From contig CM082593.2 of the NCBI GenBank assembly GCA_040954595.2, positions 7,786,043-7,850,042 of the forward strand: DNA of 64,000 nt, read 5' to 3'. The first letter of the stretch is position 1, and each line of letters starts with the position of its first letter. The notes under the pieces are model-generated. The model did no database searches. It worked only from the letters and a program-made list of their open reading frames with translations, and was not told the DNA's origin. Shown piece after piece: positions 42,301 to 54,534 of the stretch. The translations under genes were made by a program, and so were the position numbers. Origin of the DNA: Balanoglossus misakiensis. Taxonomy: Eukaryota > Animalia > Hemichordata.

Positions 42301-45300
42301 CATACCGTGCCTACAGAATTGCTGAAAATACCATTTTGAGAAAATCGCATTCAAAGTTGGTAATTATGTTTCTACTGTTTATAATGGATCAATACTGTAT
42401 CTAGGTCAAATATATGCATGTATAAGATGGTGAACATTCACCTGATGCAGTTATGAAGTAAAATTTATGATAATATACAGTGAGGGCAGGTTTTTTGTGG
42501 AAAAAAAACAGGAAATGGATCAAAAATTCACCAGGACCATAGTCTGGGTCATTAGCTGTTCATGTGCAGCACGAAGACGTCTGCGGCCCGATGAATATAT
42601 CTTTTCTATCTGTTGAATCTAAACCTTCCCTAGTATAGTATGTAACTGGCTTTCATTTCTTACTTCTAAAATGAAAGTAATAGTCCCAGTTCCCTCTCAT
42701 TTATAAGTACACTATGACAGCATCTGCTACTGCAAGCTCAAGCCGAGGACGCCCAACAAAATTCTCCTTGGGACAACGGTCCCATATGGGGTTGTGTAAT
42801 GTCATTTGTGTTCTGTGTTCCTCCATGCACACACCTCATCAGCAAGTTGTTGTCAGACAGCTTTACAAATATTGGCAGAATTCCTTTTTTCAGGTCACCA
42901 TACCCAGATTGCATTGGATACCACTTGCCACAATCATGAGTGCCAGTGGTCCCTGTTTTAGTGTTTTCATATGGCCCAGATACTTGTACATGCATATAGC
43001 TTGTAGATGACCTATGTTCTCTCAGCTGCACATCCTGAGAGAAGTGTCTTCCAATGGCAAACATGGATAGTGGGAAACAATGATTTACATCATAAAATCG
43101 GCCAGATCTTCTAGATGCGTTCATTACAATCCTGCACACAACGTCAAACCCCAGCGTCAAACTTAGAGTTCAGTCCGAATCTCTTTGACATCTATGTCAC
43201 ATCATCACAACCAAAGTTTTCAGGGGTGCATTTGGGACAGGAGAATTGTTAAATAAACTCAATGAGCAGTTCAATATCAAGGAATCTGTATCTCGAGAGT
43301 TCATCATCTGCGTCTCATTCAGTATCTGGAGAGTCTCTGTGAATCTTTTCCAACTACATAAACTTTCAGAAGATGAAATCGATGACTGGCCCATAGGCCC
43401 AATGCATTCAATGGCTCAACATGTGTTGGCTTCCTACCACCGGTTGTCTGGTTGAATACGATCCTGTAAATCTGTTGCCACAAAATGCTCGCTTTTTTGG
43501 TCGATGACAAGTTTTACCTGGCTTGCTAAGGGCCATCCGTATGATTCGAGTCAGTAAATAGGTGCTTCGATTTTGTTTTCAAAGACGAAGAGATCGACAT
43601 ACATGCAGCAGAGTGCAGTATAGTTTACGTTTACATAACAAAAGACTTTCATGGCGGCCATCATTCAACTGTAAAAATAGTAGCCCCACTCTGATTGGCC
43701 GATGTTCCTGGGCTACTGTAGGTATAAGCAAGTAGACTGACCAATGAAAATAGTTGTTACAGATAATAATAAACGATTAACTGAAGCAATTCCACATTTA
43801 TAGCCCAGCATTTTACTGCAAGAATTTTTTCAATCCGACAATGCAAAGCCAAATTACGTGAATTACAGATTCATGAATAATTAATTAGCTATTTATTAGT
43901 CATTGTTTGAGCGTTTTTTGGTTGCATACTTTCTGAAAATGTTATTTTTCATACCTAAGGGAAGAAGTAAGGGCTATAAAACACCTTCTATGTGAAAGCA
44001 CAATAACCAAAGTTCACAATAAAACAAAAACATGAAAGTTGGTCAGGTGAAGGAAAATTGTGTTTTTTTAGGGTGGTAATGCCATTCAAGGTAAAATTTC
44101 TATCTACCTGTGTGTATTCCTGGTCTTTGGGAAAGCTACTTCCAAATATAATCACAGTATCCTCCATGCTCAGCAACTGCTGCTGCAGTATACCAAGAGC
44201 TGCATAGTTCTCAGTCAGAATCAACAAATACCGGCTTTCACTGTTTTGCAAGCAAAAAATATAAAATACTCAATCAAAAACTTTCATAGAGATCTTTATA
44301 TATAATTCCCCCGTATTTCGAACGAGTGTGCCTGCGTCGCGGACGAGTGATTCCCCGTATAGCGGCCGTATCCCTCCGAGCCGCAGGCGAGGAGGGATAC
44401 AGCTATACGGGGAATCACGAGTTCGCGACGCAGGTACACGAGTGAGGAATACGGGGGAATTATATGTTTATCACATACATAGATCCGCTAATTTTTATTT
44501 TCAAATAAATCTCTTTGTGGTTGCGATAAAATTTGGAACTATTTTGTGCAAAATTGAAGATCGATGTTATGCGGTCTATCTGTCAGGTGACTCAGGTCAC
44601 GACCTGGACGATTCTGGTTTTGGCGAGGACCCGTCTATCGCGCATCAGCTGGATTTCATCGTCCGTCACGGTTTCACTGGAGCAGGAAACCTTTCGTATG
44701 CCTTTTGCTTTATGACTAGACCGTTTTGCTCTAATCGTCGCATCAAAATTTTTGCGAATACTCAGTTTTGTACCTGTCGCTCGTTCGACAGCGCGACGAC
44801 ATTGGCTCAGCACTGACGACCTCGCGACAGTTTTGGTGCGATAAAAATGTACACAGGTAAAACTAATCGTCGATCGTCCATATTTACACATACGAAACAT
44901 TTTATTTATCTTTGCTTATTTTTAATATCGAAATAAAACGAACAATTGAACTGAATTTTGTCGCCCTAAGAGGACTTTGTTTACAAGTTTAAAATAGTTC
45001 CGTTTGGTGACGTCAGAGGGATGGGTATTACAATAATGCTTGGTGCAAATTTACCTACGTCTGACGTCATACTATGGTATATGCGGAGCTATGTATGTGA
45101 TAATTACATATAATCCCATGATATCTTTCTTTGTTTGACGTCATCGTATACGAGTGGTTTTCGCGGAGCAGTGCAACTTCGAGCCGCAGGCGAGAAGTTG
45201 TACGCTTCCGCGAAAACCACGAGTATACGATGACGTTAAACAAAGAAAGATATCATGGGATTATATATTTATCACATGAACAGTCTTCTTATTTTTCGTT

Positions 45301-48300
45301 AGGAGAGGCAGGACTAAAACAATTCAGTACCTTGCAACAATTTTGGAGCGGTGTCGTATTTTACTGAGCGGGATTATGTCCCCCAGGAGATATATGTTGG
45401 GAGATTTTATGAATGATCAGCGATAGTTCATCATTTGCATATACGCAAATGGTGCACTATCGCTGATCATTCATAAAATCTCCCAACAAGTCGTCCCGTT
45501 GAGTTCCGTTCGCTCGAAGTTCGGCCTTACACAAATGTAATCGATTCTCTAACAATTTTACTGCAACCTGTTGCCACGTCTTATACATTTCGTTGACCGG
45601 TGCAATAGAGAGGTTCAGTCGTCACGCTGAACTGGCTCGAAACAATTCCCCACGCTGATTCGACTCGGAACGTACCGGACTTGCGCCTAGCCTAGGCTAT
45701 GTACACCTGACCCAAAACTTTGACAGCCACGATCGTCCATGATCGTTGCGTCGACTGTCTTCTTTCCAAATTCCACCTTTCTGTTTTGAGCTTACAAAGC
45801 GTTATTGTCATGGAACCGTAATTTTTTTTATTTCATTTCTGTATTGTAAATGCCGCGCGCTACACGTACTGTTTCTGTTTGACAACAAAGCTACGGCGAA
45901 TCGGTGGAAATAGTTCCGGTTGATGACGTAACACAGGGGTGATCAGGATTTTTGATCTGTCCTGGTCTACGTCACACAGGTGGTGATCAGGGCCAGTTCA
46001 TGTGATAAACATGTATATCTATTTTAAATTTGTTATCTTTACTTATACATTACAAAATAAAACAAACATTATTTGTTCATACAATGCAAACATGAAATAT
46101 TAATAAATAAATAAATAAATAAACCTTCTGTTGTTCTGGTTGCATGACTCAAGTATGATATTTTAGCATGGGACTTGCATATATTTAAGATGGGGCACCC
46201 ATATCTTTTTGCCCTTTGTTTTATGGGTCATTTGGGGAAATTGGACCATCCTGTTTTCAGAGTCTAATAAGGGTCTGATAACCAGTCGAAAAATCTGCGT
46301 GATTGGGAGTGTGCACCCCCTGACGACATATGCAAATCGGGTACTACGGTAGATCAAATAAAAAAAAAAAAACTAAAGGCTTTTACTAGTCTGTGACCCC
46401 AAAACCAAACTTGATACACGAACCAAAGAAGGCGATAAGTGTTTTGTTTCTGAATATAGTTGCCTCATCTGTGGATTTCACCATACACGTACTATCCCTG
46501 AAAAATCATTGATTTTGGGTGTTTTCAGACACTCTGGTATTGCTTCTTAATTAGTGTGAGGATATATATAATCCATAAAAACAATCCCTTGCATAGCATG
46601 AAGGATTGTTCTCTGTTAACAGGTCAAATTTGACTGGCGTACGTGGCCTGTGAAAAACAGCCTTAGGGATTTTTGTGTACGATCCAGAATCTCAGTTGAC
46701 AAAATCATTGGATTTTTAGCAGATAGCAGACACACACGCTACCACTGACTGACGCTTTACCCTTGCATAGCCATATTCGGACAGGGTGTGCTCACAATCA
46801 CACATATTTTCAACTAGTTACAAGCCCCTGGTACAGCGTTCATAGCAGTTTCTTCCAAAACTGAGTGTACTGTCCTATAAAGGCCCATAGCAATTGGCAA
46901 AAGATATGTTTTCAGTGATACAAAAGTCAAAATCCAACTTTCAATATTTGAAACATGAAGTTGACTGTGAAACCTTTATAAAGAAGACCACAAATAACAA
47001 TGCATAATAATGCCTTTAATTGTAATAACAAAATTTATGGTAGTTGTCACAGGCGTATGTACGTATATAAACAGTAAAACTCCAATTATCCGAACTCCAA
47101 TTATCCGAATTGTTTGGTTATCTGCACTGCTGTCATGTCCCACAAACAGTTCTATTGTACCCCCGGTATATGATCGTTATCCGAATAACCGAACTGTCTG
47201 CATATCCGAACAATGTATGTATGTATCATGTATGTATGGTTAATAGCTAACTCCCTAACTTTTCAGTAAAAGAACACACAATTGGTAGAACTGTGAAACC
47301 CTGTTTGTAATTCGATTTTCGAAAATCGAAAAACGAAATACAATATCAAAACCCAAATGCCAACTTGTAGATTCACTCGACATTTTAGAAAGTGAATACG
47401 TTATAGTGCTTTGGTATTCGAAACAGATTATAGATAGGGGTTTCACTTGGCCGCAATTGGCCACGGACCCCGTACATGTAAGTGTGCATACAGACACTAA
47501 CCTGTCCATATCTAGAATCTCCTTGTCAAGTCCTTGAAGACTGGCTCGAATGAGAGCAGCTGCACTGCACTCAGGATCATTTGATCCCTGAAAAAAAAAT
47601 CACCAACATTTAAATGGACATAAACAGTGTTCTTTTCCAACGGATCATTTAGTAGTTGTTTAGAGTGAAACAACTTCTGAAATAGCAAACATTTATCACT
47701 GTAAAGTGAAGGTAGTGACCATAATACCCAAAGAAGGTACAGGTAAAATTTGCCAAATTACATGTTATGTTGAATATATGATGGCCGGTTGTTTGTATCA
47801 GTTTGGAATAAATGTAAAGCAATGGGTTGTACCGGTATACTCTCAGAAGACTGGCTTATTTTGAGGATGACACTTACTCTTTGAACATCTCTGGTCACAT
47901 GTTTATGAAGTCTGTCAAATCGTTTGACAGGGTCAATCTGGTCATCACGGCCTCCAAAATTGCGCCTGATGGCATGTTCTAGCTGTGGCCATGACGGTGG
48001 CTCACCGGATGCCTTGGAGAATCCATACACCATTTTGATAAGGCTGTTGTATTCAATTATAAAAATGTCATCATTCGTGAAATTTTTCTAGTCTGTTACT
48101 GGTCTAATGTAATCTGATAAATATTCACATGGTTGAGAAATCTATGCATTTTAATATGAATTGATCAGACTTCTCAGGTTGTTTTGGCAGTAAACTGCTG
48201 CATATAGGCAGTTTTGATTAAACCCTTCACTTTTGAAAATACGAATGGAATCTAGTGACCATACACATACCGATTTCAAGTAAAACAAACCTGAATTATC

Positions 48301-51300
48301 ACACAATAAAATAAAATGATACCCTTGAATATTAAAACCATTTTTGAAAGTGTGATAATTTGTGACAAATAAATTCTGTGTTTTAAATTTTATGTGTGAA
48401 ATGCATTATATATGTACAGTACATACCTGTAAAAATCTCTCAACCCAAAGAATTCCTTCTCTTGTTTTTTGTAAAGTTGAAAGTAGCCATGTGCTAGGGC
48501 AGGAATGATTGGATTTATGCGAGTCAAGACAAGTTTATCTGTTGAGCAAATACCTCTGCAAAAGAAAATCGGGCATCATTTTCATGTTTGTTTCACATTT
48601 AAAAACAGGATGGCCTTGCATTGCTATCAGTATTTCTCAGATCTTAAATTTTTTGAGATGAATGTATACCCACAAACAGCTGCAAGAGAGTTTTTTTTTT
48701 CATCATGATTACACCTGTATGGCACTAGAAAGGAAGTACTGTCCATAAAAAAGAGACATTAACAAGTACAGGTTACTTATGAATGTTTGAATGCATGCCA
48801 GGGCTTTTGTAAATAAAGACTTAAACACAGCTTAAAGCTCCATTAGCTGTAACTTTTAGCTATACTATCTGTCTTGTGTATTTTCTGCAGTTTCTTGTTC
48901 AAATCCCTGAAGCAAAATGAAATGCCCAGTACCCAGTCAGGTCGCAACTGGGGTAATTACACAGCAGGGGATTATGCAATGCAAACACTTGAACTGGCCA
49001 GTAACGTTTGAATTCCTCATTTACATACAGTTTTTCAACTTTTTTCAGAACGAAAGTTTAGCAACTTGCAACCCATTTCTGACAATAATTTCACCCCAGG
49101 CACATTACTGGTACTATGAGTGTACTACATGTGATTTTTCATGAAGTTTTATTGAGAAGAATTTCTTTACTTCCACTGACAAAATTGTGATCACGAAATT
49201 CAAAGTGACCTTGAAGTTAAAAAATCAAAAAAAAAATATCAGCCATACCCACACAAAAATTAACCCCCTCAGGTTTTAGAAACATTATTAAACTCCTCTA
49301 TTCATAATTTTGACATGAATATATCCATGCCGAGAGTCAAGGACCACAATTTACAGTGCCATAGGTCAGTCCTGTAGTAGTCAGTCAGCGTGAATAGTGT
49401 ATAGAGTCCATATGTAATATGCTAATGAGAGATAACTTGGCGTTGAAAAGGAAGCCATTACGTCATGGGTCACATGCGTTGACCTAGTTCAGTGCATACA
49501 CATATGGAATACACGGCTGTACTCGTCGATGGCGAAGGCAATTTTTACAACGTCATTACTCCACAACGGAGCGGCTCACAACATTATAATTTCACGGTAA
49601 CTTAGTTCAATATCTTCCTAACCTACCCAATTTTTTTCAAGACAAGAAATCTTTGCTGAGAGTCAGGGACCACAATTTCAACCAACATACCGAAACTGTC
49701 TATCTCGGGAACGCGTCGTTAAAACTTCACGAAAAATCATCCTATCATTGACTGTGGTGTTTCATACACGTCTTAGAAAAATGGATGCACTACGATCACT
49801 TGTAGTACCGAAAATATCTGTTTGAAAATTTTTCGAACTGGCTGTAACTGCCACTCAGTGACGTTCACATTCAAATAGATCTCTTTGATCTCGCCGCCTT
49901 AATTACCCTCCCTGCGACCAGACTGGTACCCAGCTCATTCACACAATATATACAGTCATGTACAATGTATGTATAGTCAGCATTGTTATTGTGCAATATT
50001 AAAATTAAAGTCCTGGCTAGAATTACCGGTATTCTGCTTGTCCTGTATGTGCGTAACGTCCATTGTTATTGTTGTTAAATTACCCGGTACTTGGTGTATT
50101 GGCATGTTTTTCAGAGTAGAACAAGAAATTGCATTTGGTACAAGAAACGAAAATACTGAAAATGTGGCCAACAATTACCACTAATGTCCCTTTAAAGTGG
50201 AACGCTGTGATCCGTTTTTGAGCCAATTCTGCGAAATGCGATTAAAAAGTACTATGAAAAACGTTGGTTTCATTCACTTTCACTTACGCATAACAGAGCT
50301 ACAGCCAGCCAAAAACTGCGCGAACCCGGAAGTGAGTGACGTCAGCAACTTGTGGTACCGTTGTCCGCTGCCGACGCGTTGGAGCAAGCTTATGCTTATA
50401 CACGCCTGCACTCATCACACGACCGACGACGTTAGCATGGCAACATATTCTCGGGTAGTAGGCTACAATTTTGAACCAGAGATTCCCTTCTACGACCAAG
50501 CGACTCAATTTTACAGAGGACAAAAGTTCATGCAGTTCTGATCTCCGATGTGTCCCGTTTGTCAAGGCTTACACTTGGTGTGGTTTCAGTAAAACCATAG
50601 ACCCTAGGGTCTATGGTGAAACAGACAATGCTGTTAACAATACCCTCCCTTGTTGTCTCTCCCTCGTTGTCACCTTTTCGAACCACTTTTCTTACAAAAA
50701 TACTTTGTCACCTTTTATGGAGTTGAAAAGAACGCAGGTGCATCGTCCTGCTCTCCAGGTGTAGTACGTCCATAGTATAATGGAAGACAATACCATAGTT
50801 ATTCTATGCATGTTTCGTCTCTTGAAATGTATTAAAACTGCCCTTTTTAGTTGCTTTCATTTGATAACTATGCGATCGTCAATAAATGGAAATTAAACCC
50901 AAATACGTGTACCAAAAAACGTGCAGGAAGGATTTAAAACGGTACGTTTATTATTATCAGCGGCAGTTAGAACAACTTTGTATAGGCCTTACGGTTTGTT
51001 CATAAACGTCGACATGCATGGCATCGTGGACATTGCAGGGTCTATGTCTGCACGCATCGACAAATACAATACACGTAGAGCATTGCCTTTGAAAGAAACT
51101 TATCCCCGTCGGTTTTCCGAATATGTTTTTACAATCATGAACTTGACATTTCGCCATGTCAGATCCTCGCAAAATGTGTCTGTTTATTGGAAATGACACG
51201 TCGAACGTGTAAGAGCCCTGCGCGTCGACTGCAACGCAAGTTGCTGACGTCCCTGTAGTATTTTCAACTCGCGTCTTCCGCTTGCGCAGGAAGTGAAAGT

Positions 51301-54300
51301 GAATTAACCCATCGGAACGTTGCCGTTTTTGACACCCGGTTTGTACTTTGAAGCCCAAAATTGTGGGTGTTGTTCCACTTTAACTACATGGAACTTGGAG
51401 GGTTTTTTTAAAGTAATGGTATGAGCAGTCAACTGACCTGGCACTCTCCTCTAGTTCTCCTTTGTCAGGCACTCCTCTGGATACCAGTATTCCTCTGTTC
51501 ATCTTGGCTGGATCCAACGCCCAGTTGGAAATGCCTATGAAGGCCACTTTCTTATGTGGTGGTGGATTGTCATCATCATCGCAGCCATACTCCAGCAGTG
51601 GATGCAATGTCTGACAGAGAATTGACAGATTAACTGAACTGACAGTCTCATTTCTGATTAAAAGATGTAAAAATAGCATCAAGGACACTGTGGTCCCATT
51701 GGAGGATTACGCAGAAATGGGGATACACCGGAATAAAAATAGCGTCAAGGACACTGTGGTCCCATTTGAGGATTATGCGGAAATGGGGATACACCGGAAT
51801 AAAAATAGCGTCAAGGACACTGTGGTCCCATTTGAGGATTATGCGGAAACAGTGACACACCAGAATAAAAATTACAGGTGACATTGCAAGCAGATATGAT
51901 CTTACGATATAGAAATATGGAATGTAAAAAAAATTAACAAGGAACATGCCAAATAAACTGTCATGTGTCATGGCAGTCTTACAAGTGGTGCTAGAACAAA
52001 AATTGACCAAAAATTGTCTGTACAAACACATATGAGAAGCAACTTCTTTCAGTCAGCCCTGGAATAGACACACAGACAGACAGACACTGACCTGCCACTA
52101 GTAATTAAAATTTAATAGCCCGTGGTCTTTGTAACAGCTGGCTTATTAAAGTTATGTAAACATGTCTAAGTTGGGGGTAACAACTCCTTGTAAACAGTAA
52201 CTTTCAAAACAACTGTACAATTGGTTTAGGAGAAGATTTGCTAACCAAAAACAAAGAAACTTACAAAAAAACTCGCTAAATATTGAATATTTCTGATATC
52301 AGAATTGAATAAAAGTTGCACATATACATGTATGTGTTATGAAATTATATCCTAAATTTCAAAGCAATCAGAGAAAAAACAAATTTCAAAGCAATCCAAC
52401 AAGCAGTTTCACAAAAAAATATTTGTTCAAAACTGGCAAAAACACAAATATGCAAATATCACCAAAATTGTACAATATCTTACTTCAATCACTACAAGGA
52501 ACATGCTGCCAAAGTTCAATGCAATATGACAAGCGGTTTCAGATAAAACAATTTTTGACAAAAATTGCAAAAGTTTCTCGATAACACATTTATGAAAATA
52601 TCACATTTTTTTACAACATATTACTTTAATTAATAGGTTACCCCTACGAACATGCCTACCAAATTGCAAAGCAATCTGGCATGCGGTTTAAGGAAAAAAA
52701 AATTGACCAAAAATGGCAAAAATTGCTCAAAATTACAAATATGCAAATTTTGCCACAATTGGAACAAAACTGGTTACTCAGACAACCTTAAGGAAGCTTC
52801 ATACTAAATTTCAAAGAAGTAGGCCTATCACTTTCAGAAATAAAGATTTTTTTACCAATAATGTGGTAAAATACAAAAAATGCATAAAAAATAGAAAATC
52901 TATAATATTAGCTCAAAACATACAGGATTGTTTGAGCTAGACATAAAGTACATGCATACCGATTTTCAAATCAATCTGACCAGTGGTTGTTGAGTTTTTG
53001 AGTTTTGACCAATTTCACATTTTCCCAGCTAATTTGCATATTTTTGGCAATGGCAACTTCATTTGAACAAACTCCCATCTACAGCCTGACCTGCATCAAC
53101 GCACCAAATATCGAGGTTATACACGCAGCGGTTTTCAAGTTTTTGATGTGGACGGACATACAGACATACATACATACATACAGACGCAAACGATCCCATA
53201 AGGTCCCATGGTATAAACCAATGGGACCTAAAAATCAATGATTCCTACCTTAAGCGGCATCTTTGGAGAGTCTTCTGCTAATCCAACTTCATCCAAAACC
53301 ACAACAGAAACAAAGCGATCAAGATCTTTGCCTTCTTGGAAACGACTACATTGTCGGAATATGCCAACAATGCCCTCTGGTGTTGACAGTGGACTACACT
53401 GGTATGACACCATGTGTACCTGGAATTACAAATTACATGTACATTTTGCTTAGGAAATATCATGGAAAATTTTCCATTTATATAACATTACATAGGTCTC
53501 CAGTTTGGTGACTTCATCAGTACGCGAGCTATCAATGAACTTCAGACACCTACGGTTGATGCATGCATGCACACACACACACTAAGACCTACAACTTCAA
53601 CAATGTTGCTGCGCCTGTCAATAATCCGGCCACATGTTCAGTAGATTCGGAATGAGTATATGTATGAGATGTGTCATGTTGTTAAAAGTGCACTGAGATG
53701 TACCCAGAGGTCGCGCTTACGCAAAAAAGTATGTATATTTGACGCCCAAAATACTCACTTGCCAGCGAAGGTATCATAAATTTTTGCAGTAAGACTGTAC
53801 AAAATAAGACACTGACTTAGAAGCTTTTGCTCTGTGTTGGAGATCTCACCTGCTTAAACTGTCTGAACAGATCACCAGCAGCAGCGTCTCCTTGCATGGC
53901 ATCAGCAACAATGGTCTTGGCCAGGGACTTAGAGCTGCCAGGTTTACCAACTAAAAACAGAGGTATTCTCAGCTCTATGCATACCATCATCATGAACACA
54001 TTCTCCTTCAAAGCAGCATTCCTGGCAATATTTGCTCCAAGACGAAGCTGATCAAGAAACACATCCTGACATCTGGGAGAACGATTATAAAACGAAATAT
54101 ATAATGAAAACAAAATATAACTTCTTGTCCTACACAATCTACTGTAAAATGGGAAATTTTTGCAACAGGAAATTTTCGCAATATCAAAAGAGGCAACTGG
54201 AACGCGACTTTTTTATTTTTCGTTCTGGTATTTCACTGCATGGATCATTATCTCAAAAAAAAAATATTTTTATGTGACTTTTCTATTTTCACGTTTCCAT

Positions 54301-54483
54301 CCTGGAAAATGGCATTTGTACCACAAAAACTTCTGGAAAATTGCTTTCTTTGACAGAAGTGTATCAAGACCTCAGAAGAGGAGTATTGTCCACTGATAAT
54401 CAATTTATCCTACCGAATAATGATTATGACCAGTGCTGTGAATGAATGAATGAATGAATGAATGAATGAATGCACGAATGAAA

Positions 54484-54534
<51 letters not shown>

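Noticed and set aside
44328-44816. Longest ORF in the track (162 aa)
   Set aside because: Reads through a GC-rich DNA palindrome from a GTG start; no recognisable protein.
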